Both the position numbers and the translations under genes were made by a program. Positions 40,901 to 56,232 of a stretch of DNA of 64,000 nucleotides are shown in pieces (positions within the stretch are counted from its first letter, which is position 1; the number at the start of each line of letters is the position of its first letter). Below the pieces are notes generated by a model. The model made no database searches and had not been told where the DNA came from. It worked only from the letters and a program-made list of their open reading frames with translations. The stretch is from positions 186,001 to 250,000 of the forward strand of contig OZ059894.1 in NCBI GenBank assembly GCA_964057225.1, in the 5' to 3' direction. The stretch comes from Auanema rhodensis (lineage: Eukaryota; Animalia; Nematoda).

Positions 40901-43900
40901 AAAAATTTGTTTTTAGACTAATATGGACATGGGGAATCTAATTTTGAAAACCGCATCTCTTTATCTTTCACGTGAAGCGAGTTACATACCAAGTGCACAT
41001 CACGTGTACATTTAATTAGCATAAATTAAAGTTCACGTAAATTTCAAAGTCATGGTTACCATGCACCAATATCAATAAAAATTTGTTTTTAGACTAATAT
41101 GGAGATGAGGAATCTAATTTTGAAAACCGCATCTCTTTATCTTTCACGTGAAGCGAGTTACATACCAAGTGCACATCACGTGTACATTTAATTAGCATAA
41201 ATTAAAGTTCACGTTAATTTCAAAGTCATGGTTACCATGCACCAATATCAATAAAAATTTGTTTTTAGACTAATATGGACATGGGGAATCTTATTTTGAA
41301 AACCGCATATCTTTATCTTTCACGTGAAGCGAGTTACATACCAAGTGCACATCACGTGTACATTTAATTAGCATAAATTAAAGTTCACGTAAATTTCAAA
41401 GTCATGGTTACCATGAACCAATATCAATGAAAATTTGTTTTTAGACTAATATGGACATGGGGAATCTAATTTTGAAAACCGCATCTCTTTATCTTTCACG
41501 TGAAGCGAGTTACATACCAAGTGCACATCACGTGTACATTTAATTAGCATAAATTAAAGTTCACGTTAATTTCAAAGTCATGGTTACCATGCACCAATAT
41601 CAATAAAAATTTGTTTTTAGACTAATATGGACATGGGGAATCCAATTTTAAAAACCGCATCTCTTTATCTTTCACGTGAAGCGAGTTACATACCAAGTGC
41701 ACATCACGTGTACATTTAATTAGCATAAATTAAAGTTCACGTAAATTTCAAAGTCATGGTTACCATGAACCAATATCAATGAAAATTTGTTTTTAGACTA
41801 ATATGGACATGGGGAATCTAATTTTGAAAACCGCATCTCTTTATCGTTCACGTGAAGCGAGTTACATACGAAGTGCACATCACGTGTACATTTAATTAGC
41901 ATAAATTAAAGTTCACGTAAATTTCAAAGTCATGGTTACCATGCACCAATATCAATAAAAATTTGTTTTTAGACTAATATGGACATGGGGAATCTAATTT
42001 TGAAAACCGCATCTCTTTATCTTTCACGCGAAGCGAGTTACATACCAAGTGCACATCACGTGTACATTTAATTAGCATAAATTAAAGTTCACGTAAATTT
42101 CAAAGTCATGGTTACCATGCACCAATATCAATAAAAATTTGTTTTTAGACTAATATGTACATGGGGAATCTTATTTTGAAAACCGCATCTCTTTATCTTT
42201 CACGTGAAGCGAGTTACATACCAAGTGCACATCACGTGTACATTTAATTAGCATAAATTAAAGTTCACGTAAATTTCAAAGTCATGGTTACCATGCACCA
42301 ATATCAATAAAAATTTGTTTTTAGACTAATATGGAGATGAGGAATCTAATTTTGAAAACCGCATCTCTTTATCTTTCACGTGAAGCGAGTTACATACCAA
42401 GTGCACATCACGTGTACATTTAATTAGCATAAATTAAAGTTCACGTAAATTTCAAAGACATGGTTACCATGAACCAATATCAATGAAAATTTGTTTTCAG
42501 ACTAATATGGACATGGGGAATCTAATTTTGAAAACCGCATCTCTTTATCGTTCACGTGAAGCGAGTTACATACCAAGTGCACATCACGTGTACATTTAAT
42601 TAGCATAAATTAAAGTTCACGTAAATTTCAAAGTCATGGTTACCATGCACCAATATCAATAAAAATTTGTTTTTAGACTAATATGTACATGGGGAATCTT
42701 ATTTTGAAAACCGCATCTCTTTATCTTTCACGTGAAGCGAGTTACATACCAAGTGCACATCACGTGTACATTTAATTAGCATAAATTAAAGTTCACGTAA
42801 ATTTCAAAGTCATGGTTACCATGCACCAATATCAATAAAAATTTGTTTTTAGACTAATATGGAGATGAGGAATCTAATTTTGAAAACCGCATCTCTTTAT
42901 CTTTCACGTGAAGCGAGTTACATACCAAGTGCACATCACGTGTACATTTAATTAGCATAAATTAAAGTTCACGTTAATTTCAAAGTCATGGTTACCATGC
43001 ACCAATATCAATAAAAATTTGTTTTTAGACTAATATGGACATGGGGAATCTTATTTTGAAAACCGCATATCTTTATCTTTCACGTGAAGCGAGTTACATA
43101 CCAAGTGCACATCACGTGTACATTTAATTAGCATAAATTAAAGTTCACGTAAATTTCAAAGTCATGGTTACCATGAACCAATATCAATGAAAATTTGTTT
43201 TTAGACTAATATGGACATGGGGAATCTAATTTTGAAAACCGCATCTCTTTATCTTTCACGTGAAGCGAGTTACATACCAAGTGCACATCACGTGTACATT
43301 TAATTAGCATAAATTAAAGTTCACGTTAATTTCAAAGTCATGGTTACCATGCACCAATATCAATAAAAATTTGTTTTTAGACTAATATGGACATGAGGAA
43401 TCTAATTTTGAAAACCGCATCTCTTTATCTTTCACGTGAAGCGAGTTACATACCAAGTGCACATCACGTGTACATTTAATTAGCATAAATTAAAGTTCAC
43501 GTAAATTTCAAAGTCATGGTTACCATGCACCAATATCAATAAAAATTTGTTTTTAGACTAATATGTACATGGGGAATCTTATTTTGAAAACCGCATCTCT
43601 TTATCTTTCACGTGAAGCGAGTTACATACCAAGTGCACATCACGTGTACATTTAATTAGCATAAATTAAAGTTCACGTAAATTTCAAAGTCATGGTTACC
43701 ATGCACCAATATCAATAAAAATTTGTTTTTAGACTAATATGGACATGGGGAATCTAATTTTGAAAACCGCATCTCTTTATCTTTCACGTGAAGCGAGTTA
43801 CATACCAAGTGCACATCACGTGTACATTTAATTAGCATAAATTAAAGTTCACGTAAATTTCAAAGTCATGGTTACCATGCACCAATATCAATAAAAATTT

Positions 43901-46900
43901 GTTTTTAGACTAATATGGAGATGAGGAATCTAATTTTGAAAACCGCATCTCTTTATCTTTCACGTGAAGCGAGTTACATACCAAGTGCACATCACGTGTA
44001 CATTTAATTAGCATAAATTAAAGTTCACGTTAATTTCAAAGTCATGGTTACCATGCACCAATATCAATAAAAATTTGTTTTTAGACTAATATGGACATGG
44101 GGAATCTTATTTTGAAAACCGCATATCTTTATCTTTCACGTGAAGCGAGTTACATACCAAGTGCACATCACGTGTACATTTAATTAGCATAAATTAAAGT
44201 TCACGTAAATTTCAAAGTCATGGTTACCATGAACCAATATCAATGAAAATTTGTTTTTAGACTAATATGGACATGGGGAATCTAATTTTGAAAACCGCAT
44301 CTCTTTATCTTTCACGTGAAGCGAGTTACATACCAAGTGCACATCACGTGTACATTCAATTAGCATAAATTAAAGTTCACGTAAATTTCAAAGACATGGT
44401 TACCATGAACCAATATCAATGAAAATTTGTTTTTAGACTAATATGGACATGGGGAATCTAATTTTGAAAACCGCATCTCTTTATCTTTCACGTGAAGCGA
44501 GTTACATACCAAGTGCACATCACGTGTACATTTAATTAGCATAAATTAAAGTTCACGTTAATTTCAAAGTCATGGTTACCATGCACCAATATCAATAAAA
44601 ATTTGTTTTTAGACTAATATGGACATGGGGAATCCAATTTTAAAAACCGCATCTCTTTATCTTTCACGTGAAGCGAGTTACATACCAAGTGCACATCACG
44701 TGTACATTTAATTAGCATAAATTAAAGTTCACGTAAATTTCAAAGTCATGGTTACCATGAACCAATATCAATGAAAATTTGTTTTTAGACTAATATGGAC
44801 ATGGGGAATCTAATTTTGAAAACCGCATCTCTTTATCTTTCACGTGAAGCGAGTTACATACCAAGTGCACATCACGTGTACATTCAATTAGCATAAATTA
44901 AAGTTCACGTAAATTTCAAAGACATGGTTACCATGAACCAATATCAATGAAAATTTGTTTTTAGACTAATATGGACATGGGGAATCTAATTTTGAAAACC
45001 GCATCTCTTTATCTTTCACGTGAAGCGAGTTACATACCAAGTGCACATCACGTGTACATTTAATTAGCATAAATTAAAGTTCACGTAAATTTCAAAGTCA
45101 TGGTTACCATGCACCAATATCAATAAAAAATTGTTTTTAGACTAATATGGACATGGGGAATCTAATTTTGAAAACCGCATCTCTTTATCTTTTACGTGAA
45201 GCGAGTTACATACCAAGTGCACATCACGTGTACATTTAATTAGCATAAATTAAAGTTCACGTTAATTTCAAAGTCATGGTTACCATGCACCAATATCAAT
45301 AAAAATTTGTTTTTAGACTAATATGGACATGGGGAATCTTATTTTGAAAACCGCATATCTTTATCTTTCACGTGAAGCGAGTTACATACCAAGTGCACAT
45401 CACGTGTACATTTAATTAGCATAAATTAAAGTTCACGTAAACTTCAAAGTCATGGTTACCATGCACCAATATCAATAAAAATTTGTTTTTAGACTAATAT
45501 GGACATGGGGAATCTTATTTTGAAAACCGCATCTCTTTATCTTTCACGTGAAGCGAGTTACATACCAAGTGCACATCACGTGTACATTTAATTAGCATAA
45601 ATTAAAGTTCACGTAAATTTCAAAGTCATGGTTACCATGCACCAATATCAATAAAAATTTGTTTTTAGACTAATATGGACATGGGGAATATAATTTTGAA
45701 AACCGCATCTCTTTATCTTTCACGTGAAGCGAGTTACATACCAAGTGCACATCACGTGTACATTTAATTAGCATAAATTAAAGTTCACGTAAATTTCAAA
45801 GTCATGGTTACCATGCACCAATATCAATAAAAATTTGTTTTTAGACTAATATGGACATGAGGAATCTAATTTTGAAAACCGCATCTCTTTATCTTTCACG
45901 TGAAGCGAGTTACATACCAAGTGCACATCACGTGTACATTTAATTAGCATAAATTAAAGTTCACGTAAATTTCAAAGTCATGGTTACCATGCACCAATAT
46001 CAATAAAAATTTGTTTTTAGACTAATATGTACATGGGGAATCTTATTTTGAAAACCGCATCTCTTTATCTTTCACGTGAAGCGAGTTACATACCAAGTGC
46101 ACATCACGTGTACATTTAATTAGCATAAATTAAAGTTCACGTAAATTTCAAAGTCATGGTTACCATGCACCAATATCAATAAAAATTTGTTTTTAGACTA
46201 ATATGGACATGGGGAATCTAATTTTGAAAACCGCATCTCTTTATCTTTCACGTGAAGCGAGTTACATACCAAGTGCACATCACGTGTACATTTAATTAGC
46301 ATAAATTAAAGTTCACGTAAATTTCAAAGTCATGGTTACCATGCACCAATATCAATAAAAATTTGTTTTTAGACTAATATGGAGATGAGGAATCTAATTT
46401 TGAAAACCGCATCTCTTTATCTTTCACGTGAAGCGAGTTACATACCAAGTGCACATCACGTGTACATTTAATTAGCATAAATTAAAGTTCACGTAAATTT
46501 CAAAGTTATGGTTACCATGCACCAATATCAATAAAAAATTGTTTTTAGACTAATATGGACATGGGAAATCTAATTTTGAAAACCGCATCTCTTTATCTTT
46601 CACGTGAAGCGAGTTACATACCAAGTGCACATCACGTGTACATTTAATTAGCATAAATTAAAGTTCACGTAAATTTCAAAGTCATGGTTACCATGAACCA
46701 ATATCAATAAAAGTTTGTTTTTAGACTAATATGGACATGGGGAATCAAATTTTGAAAACCGCATCTCTTTATCTTTCACGTGAAGCGAGTTACATACCAA
46801 GTGCACATCACGTGTACATTTAATTAGCATAAATTAAAGTTCACGTAAATTTCAAAGTCATGGTTACCATGCACCAATATCAATAAAAATTTGTTTTTAG

Positions 46901-49900
46901 ACTAATATGGACATGGGGAATCTAATTTTGAAAACCGCATCTCTTTATCTTTCACGTGAAGCGAGTTACATACCAAGTGCACATCACGTGTACATTTAAT
47001 TAGCATAAATTAAAGTTCACGTAAATTTCAAAGTCATGGTTACCATGAACCAATATCAATGAAAATTTGTTTTTAGACTAATATGGACATGGGGAATCAA
47101 ATTTTGAAAACCGCATCTCTTTATCTTTCACGTGAAGCGAGTTACATACCAAGTGCACATCACGTGTACATTTAATTAGCATAAATTAAAGTTCACGTAA
47201 ATTTCAAAGTCATGGTTACCATGAACCAATATCAATAAAAATTTGTTTTTAGACTAATATGGACATGGGGAATCTAATTTTGAAAACCGCATCTCTTTAT
47301 CTTTCACGTGAAGCGAGTTACATACCAAGTGCACATCACGTGTACATTTAATTAGCATAAATTAAAGTTCACGTAAATTTCAAAGACATGGTTACCATGA
47401 ACCAATATCAATGAAAATTTGTTTTTAGACTAATATGGACATGGGAAATCTAATTTTGAAAACCGCATCTCTTTATCTTTCACGTGAAGCGAGTTACATT
47501 CCAAGTGCACATCACGTGTACATTTAATTAGCATAAATTAAAGTTCACGTAAATTTCAAAGTCATGGTTACCATGCACCAATATCAATAAAAATTTGTTT
47601 TTAGACTAATATGGACATGGGGAATCTTATTTTGAAAACCGCATATCTTTATCTTTCACGTGAAGCGAGTTACATACCAAGTGCACATCACGTGTACATT
47701 TAATTAGCATAAATTAAAGTTCACGTAAACTTCAAAGTCATGGTTACCATGCACCAATATCAATAAAAATTTGTTTTTAGACTAATATGGACATGAGGAA
47801 TCTAATTTTGAAAACCGCATCTCTTTATCTTTCACGTGAAGCGAGTTACATACCAAGTGCACATCACGTGTACATTTAATTAGCATAAATTAAAGTTCAC
47901 GTAAATTTCAAAGACATGGTTACCATGAACCAATATCAATGAAAATTTGTTTTTAGACTAATATGGACATGGGGAATCTTATTTTGAAAACCGCATCTCT
48001 TTATCTTTCACGTGAAGCGAGTTACATACCAAGTGCACATCACGTGTACATTTAATTAGCATAAATTAAAGTTCACGTAAATTTCAAAGTCATGGTTACC
48101 ATGCACCAATATCAATAAAAATTTGTTTTTAGACTAATATGTACATGGGGAATCTTATTTTGAAAACCGCATCTCTTTATCTTTCACGTGAAGCGAGTTA
48201 CATACCAAGTGCACATCACGTGTACATTTAATTAGCATAAATTAAAGTTCACGTAAATTTCAAAGTCATGGTTACCATGAACCAATATCAATGAAAATTT
48301 GTTTTTAGACTAATATGGACATGGGGAATCAAATTTTGAAAACCGCATCTCTTTATCTTTCACGTGAAGCGAGTTACATACCAAGTGCACATCACGTGTA
48401 CATTTAATTAGCATAAATTGAAGTTCACGTAAATTTCAAAGTCATGGTTACCATGAACCAATATCAATAAAAATTTGTTTTTAGACTAATATGGACATGG
48501 GGAATCTAATTTTGAAAACCGCATCTCTTTATCTTTCACGTGAAGCGAGTTACATACCAAGTGCACATCACGTGTACATTTAATTAGCATAAATTAAAGT
48601 TCACGTAAATTTCAAAGACATGGTTACCATGAACCAATATCAATGAAAATTTGTTTTTAGACTAATATGGACATGGGGAATCTAATTTTGAAAACCGCAT
48701 CTCTTTATCTTTCACGTGAAGCGAGTTACATACCAAGTGCACATCACGTGTACATTTAATTAGCATAAATTAAAGTTCACGTAAATTTCAAAGTCATGGT
48801 TACCATGCACCAATATCAATAAAAATTTGTTTTTAGACTAATATGGACATGGGGAATCTTATTTTGAAAACCGCATATCTTTATCTTTCACGTGAAGCGA
48901 GTTACATACCAAGTGCACATCACGTGTACATTTAATTAGCATAAATTAAAGTTCACGTAAACTTCAAAGTCATGGTTACCATGCACCAATATCAATAAAA
49001 ATTTGTTTTTAGACTAATATGGACATGAGGAATCTAATTTTGAAAACCGCATCTCTTTATCTTTCACGTGAAGCGAGTTACATACCAAGTGCACATCACG
49101 TGTACATTTAATTAGCATAAATTAAAGTTCACGTAAATTTCAAAGTCATGGTTACCATGCACCAATATCAATAAAAATTTGTTTTTAGACTAATATGGAC
49201 ATGGGGAATCTAATTTTGAAAACCGCATCTCTTTATCTTTCACGTGAAGCGAGTTACATACCAAGTGCACATCACGTGTACATTTAATTAGCATAAATTA
49301 AAGTTCACGTAAATTTCAAAGTCATGGTTACCATGAACCAATATCAATGAAAATTTGTTTTTAGACTAATATGGACATGGGGAATCAAATTTTGAAAACC
49401 GCATCTCTTTATCTTTCACGTGAAGCGAGTTACATACCAAGTGCACATCACGTGTACATTTAATTAGCATAAATTAAAGTTCACGTAAATTTCAAAGTCA
49501 TGGTTACCATGAACCAATATCAATAAAAATTTGTTTTTAGACTAATATGGACATGGGGAATCTAATTTTGAAAACCGCATCTCTTTATCTTTCACGTGAA
49601 GCGAGTTACATTCCAAGTGCACATCACGTGTACATTTAATTAGCATAAATTAAAGTTCACGTAAATTTCAAAGTCATGGTTACCATGCACCAATATCAAT
49701 AAAAATTTGTTTTTAGACTAATATGGACATGGGGAATCTTATTTTGAAAACCGCATATCTTTATCTTTCACGTGAAGCGAGTTACATACCAAGTGCACAT
49801 CACGTGTACATTTAATTAGCATAAATTAAAGTTCACGTAAACTTCAAAGTCATGGTTACCATGCACCAATATCAATAAAAATTTGGTTTTAGACTAATAT

Positions 49901-52900
49901 GGACATGAGGAATCTAATTTTGAAAACCGCATCTCTTTATCTTTCACGTGAAGCGAGTTACATACCAAGTGCACATCACGTGTACATTTAATTAGCATAA
50001 ATTAAAGTTCACGTAAATTTCAAAGACATGGTTACCATGAACCAATATCAATGAAAATTTGTTTTTAGACTAATATGGACATGGGGAATCTTATTTTGAA
50101 AACCGCATCTCTTTATCTTTCACGTGAAGCGAGTTACATACCAAGTGCACATCACGTGTACATTTAATTAGCATAAATTAAAGTTCACGTAAATTTCAAA
50201 GTCATGGTTACCATACACCAATATCAATAAAAATTTGTTTTTAGACTAATATGTACATGGGGAATCTTATTTTGAAAACCGCATCTCTTTATCTTTCACG
50301 TGAAGCGAGTTACATACCAAGTGCACATCACGTGTACATTTAATTAGCATAAATTAAAGTTCACGTAAATTTCAAAGTCATGGTTACCATGAACCAATAT
50401 CAATGAAAATTTGTTTTTAGACTAATATGGACATGGGGAATCAAATTTTGAAAACCGCATCTCTTTATCTTTCACGTGAAGCGAGTTACATACCAAGTGC
50501 ACATCACGTGTACATTTAATTAGCATAAATTGAAGTTCACGTAAATTTCAAAGTCATGGTTACCATGAACCAATATCAATAAAAATTTGTTTTTAGACTA
50601 ATATGGACATGGGGAATCTAATTTTGAAAACCGCATCTCTTTATCTTTCACGTGAAGCGAGTTACATACCAAGTGCACATCACGTGTACATTTAATTAGC
50701 ATAAATTAAAGTTCACGTAAATTTCAAAGACATGGTTACCATGAACCAATATCAATGAAAATTTGTTTTTAGACTAATATGGACATGGGGAATCTAATTT
50801 TGAAAACCGCATCTCTTTATCTTTCACGTGAAGCGAGTTACATACCAAGTGCACATCACGTGTACATTTAATTAGCATAAATTAAAGTTCACGTAAATTT
50901 CAAAGTCATGGTTACCATGCACCAATATCAATAAAAATTTGTTTTTAGACTAATATGGACATGGGGAATCTTATTTTGAAAACCGCATATCTTTATCTTT
51001 CACGTGAAGCGAGTTACATACCAAGTGCACATCACGTGTACATTTAATTAGCATAAATTAAAGTTCACGTAAACTTCAAAGTCATGGTTACCATGCACCA
51101 ATATCAATAAAAATTTGTTTTTAGACTAATATGGACATGAGGAATCTAATTTTGAAAACCGCATCTCTTTATCTTTCACGTGAAGCGAGTTACATACCAA
51201 GTGCACATCACGTGTACATTTAATTAGCATAAATTAAAGTTCACGTAAATTTCAAAGTCATGGTTACCATGCACCAATATCAATAAAAATTTGTTTTTAG
51301 ACTAATATGGACATGGGGAATCTAATTTTGAAAACCGCATCTCTTTATCTTTCACGTGAAGCGAGTTACATACCAAGTGCACATCACGTGTACATTTAAT
51401 TAGCATAAATTAAAGTTCACGTAAATTTCAAAGTCATGGTTACCATGAACCAATATCAATGAAAATTTGTTTTTAGACTAATATGGACATGGGGAATCAA
51501 ATTTTGAAAACCGCATCTCTTTATCTTTCACGTGAAGCGAGTTACATACCAAGTGCACATCACGTGTACATTTAATTAGCATAAATTAAAGTTCACGTAA
51601 ATTTCAAAGTCATGGTTACCATGAACCAATATCAATAAAAATTTGTTTTTAGACTAATATGGACATGGGGAATCTAATTTTGAAAACCGCATCTCTTTAT
51701 CTTTCACGTGAAGCGAGTTACATACCAAGTGCACATCACGTGTACATTTAATTAGCATAAATTAAAGTTCACGTAAATTTCAAAGACATGGTTACCATGA
51801 ACCAATATCAATGAAAATTTGTTTTTAGACTAATATGGACATGGGAAATCTAATTTTGAAAACCGCATCTCTTTATCTTTCACGTGAAGCGAGTTACATT
51901 CCAAGTGCACATCACGTGTACATTTAATTAGCATAAATTAAAGTTCACGTAAATTTCAAAGTCATGGTTACCATGCACCAATATCAATAAAAATTTGTTT
52001 TTAGACTAATATGGACATGGGGAATCTTATTTTGAAAACCGCATATCTTTATCTTTCACGTGAAGCGAGTTACATACCAAGTGCACATCACGTGTACATT
52101 TAATTAGCATAAATTAAAGTTCACGTAAACTTCAAAGTCATGGTTACCATGCACCAATATCAATAAAAATTTGTTTTTAGACTAATATGGACATGAGGAA
52201 TCTAATTTTGAAAACCGCATCTCTTTATCTTTCACGTGAAGCGAGTTACATACCAAGTGCACATCACGTGTACATTTAATTAGCATAAATTAAAGTTCAC
52301 GTAAATTTCAAAGACATGGTTACCATGAACCAATATCAATGAAAATTTGTTTTTAGACTAATATGGACATGGGGAATCTAATTTTGAAAACCGCATCTCT
52401 TTATCGTTCACGTGAAGCGAGTTACATACGAAGTGCACATCACGTGTACATTTAATTAGCATAAATTAAAGTTCACGTAAATTTCAAAGTCATGGTTACC
52501 ATGCACCAATATCAATAAAAAATTGTTTTTAGACTAATATGGACATGGGGAATCTAATTTTGAAAACCGCATCTCTTTATCTTTCACGCGAAGCGAGTTA
52601 CATACCAAGTGCACATCACGTGTACATTTAATTAGCATAAATTAAAGTTCACTTTAATTTCAAAGTCATGGTTACCATGCACCAATATCAATAAAAATTT
52701 GTTTTTAGACTAATATGGACATGGGGAATCTTATTTTGAAAACCGCATCTCTTTATCTTTCACGTGAAGCGAGTTACATACCAAGTGCACATCACGTGTA
52801 CATTTAATTAGCATAAATTAAAGTTCACGTAAATTTCAAAGTCATGGTTACCATGCACCAATATCAATAAAAATTTGTTTTTAGACTAATATGTACATGG

Positions 52901-54511
52901 GGAATCTTATTTTGAAAACCGCATCTCTTTATCTTTCACGTGAAGCGAGTTACATACCAAGTGCACATCACGTGTACATTTAATTAGCATAAATTAAAGT
53001 TCACGTAAATTTCAAAGTCATGGTTACCATGAACCAATATCAATGAAAATTTGTTTTTAGACTAATATGGACATGGGGAATCAAATTTTGAAAACCGCAT
53101 CTCTTTATCTTTCACGTGAAGCGAGTTACATACCAAGTGCACATCACGTGTACATTTAATTAGCATAAATTGAAGTTCACGTAAATTTCAAAGTCATGGT
53201 TACCATGAACCAATATCAATGAAAATTTGTTTTTAGACTAATATGGACATGGGGAATCTAATTTTGAAAACCGCATCTCTTTATCTTTCACGTGAAGCGA
53301 GTTACATACCAAGTGCACATCACGTGTACATTTAATTAGCATAAATTAAAGTTCACGTAAATTTCAAAGACATGGTTACCATGAACCAATATCAATGAAA
53401 ATTTGTTTTTAGACTAATATGGACATGGGGAATCTAATTTTGAAAACCGCATCTCTTTATCTTTCACGTGAAGCGAGTTACATACCAAGTGCACATCACG
53501 TGTACATTTAATTAGCATAAATTAAAGTTCACGTAAATTTCAAAGTCATGGTTACCATGCACCAATATCAATAAAAATTTGTTTTTAGACTAATATGGAC
53601 ATGGGGAATCTTATTTTGAAAACCGCATCTCTTTATCTTTCACGTGAAGCGAGTTACATACCAAGTGCACATCACGTGTACATTTAATTAGCATAAATTA
53701 AAGTTCACGTAAATTTCAAAGTCATGGTTACCATGCACCAATATCAATAAAAATTTGTTTTTAGACTAATATGTACATGGGGAATCTTATTTTGAAAACC
53801 GCATCTCTTTATCTTTCACGTGAAGCGAGTTACATACCAAGTGCACATCACGTGTACATTTAATTAGCATAAATTAAAGTTCACGTAAATTTCAAAGTCA
53901 TGGTTACCATGAACCAATATCAATGAAAATTTGTTTTTAGACTAATATGGACATGGGGAATCAAATTTTGAAAACCGCATCTCTTTATCTTTCACGTGAA
54001 GCGAGTTACATACCAAGTGCACATCACGTGTACATTTAATTAGCATAAATTGAAGTTCACGTAAATTTCAAAGTCATGGTTACCATGAACCAATATCAAT
54101 AAAAATTTGTTTTTAGACTAATATGGACATGGGGAATCTAATTTTGAAAACCGCATCTCTTTATCTTTCACGTGAAGCGAGTTACATACCAAGTGCACAT
54201 CACGTGTACATTTAATTAGCATAAATTAAAGTTCACGTAAATATCAAAGACATGGTTACCATGAACCAATATCAATGAAAATTTGTTTTTAGACTAATAT
54301 GGACATGGGGAATCTAATTTTGAAAACCGCATCTCTTTATCTTTCACGTGAAGCGAGTTACATACCAAGTGCACATCACGTGTACATTTAATTAGCATAA
54401 ATTAAAGTTCACGTAAATTTCAAAGTCATGGTTACCATGCACCAATATCAATAAAAATTTGTTTTTAGACTAATATGGACATGGGGAATCTTATTTTGAA
54501 AACCGCATCTC
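26000..54511 (+). repeat. Large tandem duplication within the array: 77-mer copy (~26000-39551) followed by 85-mer copy (~39552-54511)
   Basis: Rare SNPs at 26182/39734, 28946/42498, 36334/49886 and 36663/50215 recur at +13552 = 77x176. After eight extra monomers at ~50570-51977, SNPs at 37693/52653 and 39283/54243 recur at +14960 = 85x176. Boundaries are approximate. Confidence 0.9.
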
Positions 54512-56232
54512 TTTATCTTTCACGTGAAGCGAGTTACATACCAAGTGCACATCACGTGTACATTTAATTAGCATAAATTAAAATTCACGTAAATTTCAAA
54601 GTCATGGTTACCATGCACCAATATCAATAAAAATTTGTTTTTAGACTAATATGTACATGGGGAATCTTATTTTGAAAACCGCATCTCTTTATCTTTCACG
54701 TGAAGCGAGTTACATACCAAGTGCACATCACGTGTACATTTAATTAGCATAAATTAAAGTTCACGTAAATTTCAAAGTCATGGTTACCATGAACCAATAT
54801 CAATGAAAATTTGTTTTTAGACTAATATGGACATGGGGAATCAAATTTTGAAAACCGCATCTCTTTATCTCTCACGTGAAGCGAGTTACATACCAAGTGC
54901 ACATCACGTGTACATTTAATTAGCATAAATTGAAGTTCACGTAAATTTCAAAGTCATGGTTACCATGAACCAATATCAATAAAAATTTGTTTTTAGACTA
55001 ATATGGACATGGGGAATCTAATTTTGAAAACAGCATCTCTTTATCTTTCACGTGAAGCGAGTTACATACCAAGTGCACATCACGTGTACATTTAATTAGC
55101 ATAAATTAAAGTTCACGTAAATTTCAAAAACATGGTTACCATGAACCAATATCAATGAAAATTTGTTTTTAGACTAATATGGACATGGGGAATCTAATTT
55201 TGAAAACCGCATCTCTTTATCTTTCACGTGAAGCGAGTTACATACCAAGTGCACAACACGTGTACATTTAATTAGCATAAATTAAAGTTCACGTAAATTT
55301 CAAAGTCATGGTTACCATGCACCAATATCAATAAAAATTTGTTTTTAGACTAATATGGACATGGGGAATCTTATTTTGAAAACCGCATCTCTTTATCTTT
55401 CACGTGAAGCGAGTTACATACCAAGTGCACATCACGTGTACATTTAATTAGCATAAATTAAAGTTCACGTAAATTTCAAAGTCATGGTTACCATGCACCA
55501 ATATCAATAAAAATTTGTTTTTAGACTAATATGTACATGGGGAATCTTATTTTGAAAACCGCATCTCTTTATCTTTCACGTGAAGCGAGTTACATACCAA
55601 GTGCACATCACGTGTACATTTAATTAGCATAAATTAAAGTTCACGTAAATTTCAAAGTCATGGTTACCATGAACCAATATCAATGAAAATTTGTTTTTAG
55701 ACTAATATGGACATGGGGAATCAAATTTTGAAAACCGCATCTCTTTATCTTTCACGTGAAGCGAGTTACATACCAAGTGCACATCACGTGTACATTTAAT
55801 TAGCATAAATTGAAGTTCACGTAAATTTCAAAGTCATGGTTACCATGAACCAATATCAATAAAAATTTGTTTTTAGACTAATATGGACATGGGGAATCTA
55901 ATTTTGAAAACCGCATCTCTTTATCTTTCACGTGAAGCGAGTTACATACCAAGTGCACATCACGTGTACATTTAATTAGCATAAATTAAAGTTCACGTAA
56001 ATTTCAAAGACATGGTTACCATGAACCAATATCAATGAAAATTTGTTTTTAGACTAATATGGACATGGGGAATCTAATTTTGAAAACCGCATCTCTTTAT
56101 CTTTCACGTGAAGCGAGTTACATACCAAGTGCACATCACGTGTACATTTAATTAGCATAAATTAAAGTTCACGTAAATTTCAAAGTCATGGTTACCATGC
56201 ACCAATATCAATAAAAATTTGTTTTTAGACTA
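52713..56232 (+). repeat. 5-monomer (880-bp) higher-order repeat, four tandem copies plus a partial fifth
   Basis: The marker AATTGAAG falls at 53172, 54052, 54932 and 55812 (880-bp spacing). The monomer-type order is fixed: TTA / TGT+TTA / CAA+TTG / T130A / consensus. Two more copies of the unit lie at ~37753-39512 (markers 38212, 39092). Confidence 0.92.
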
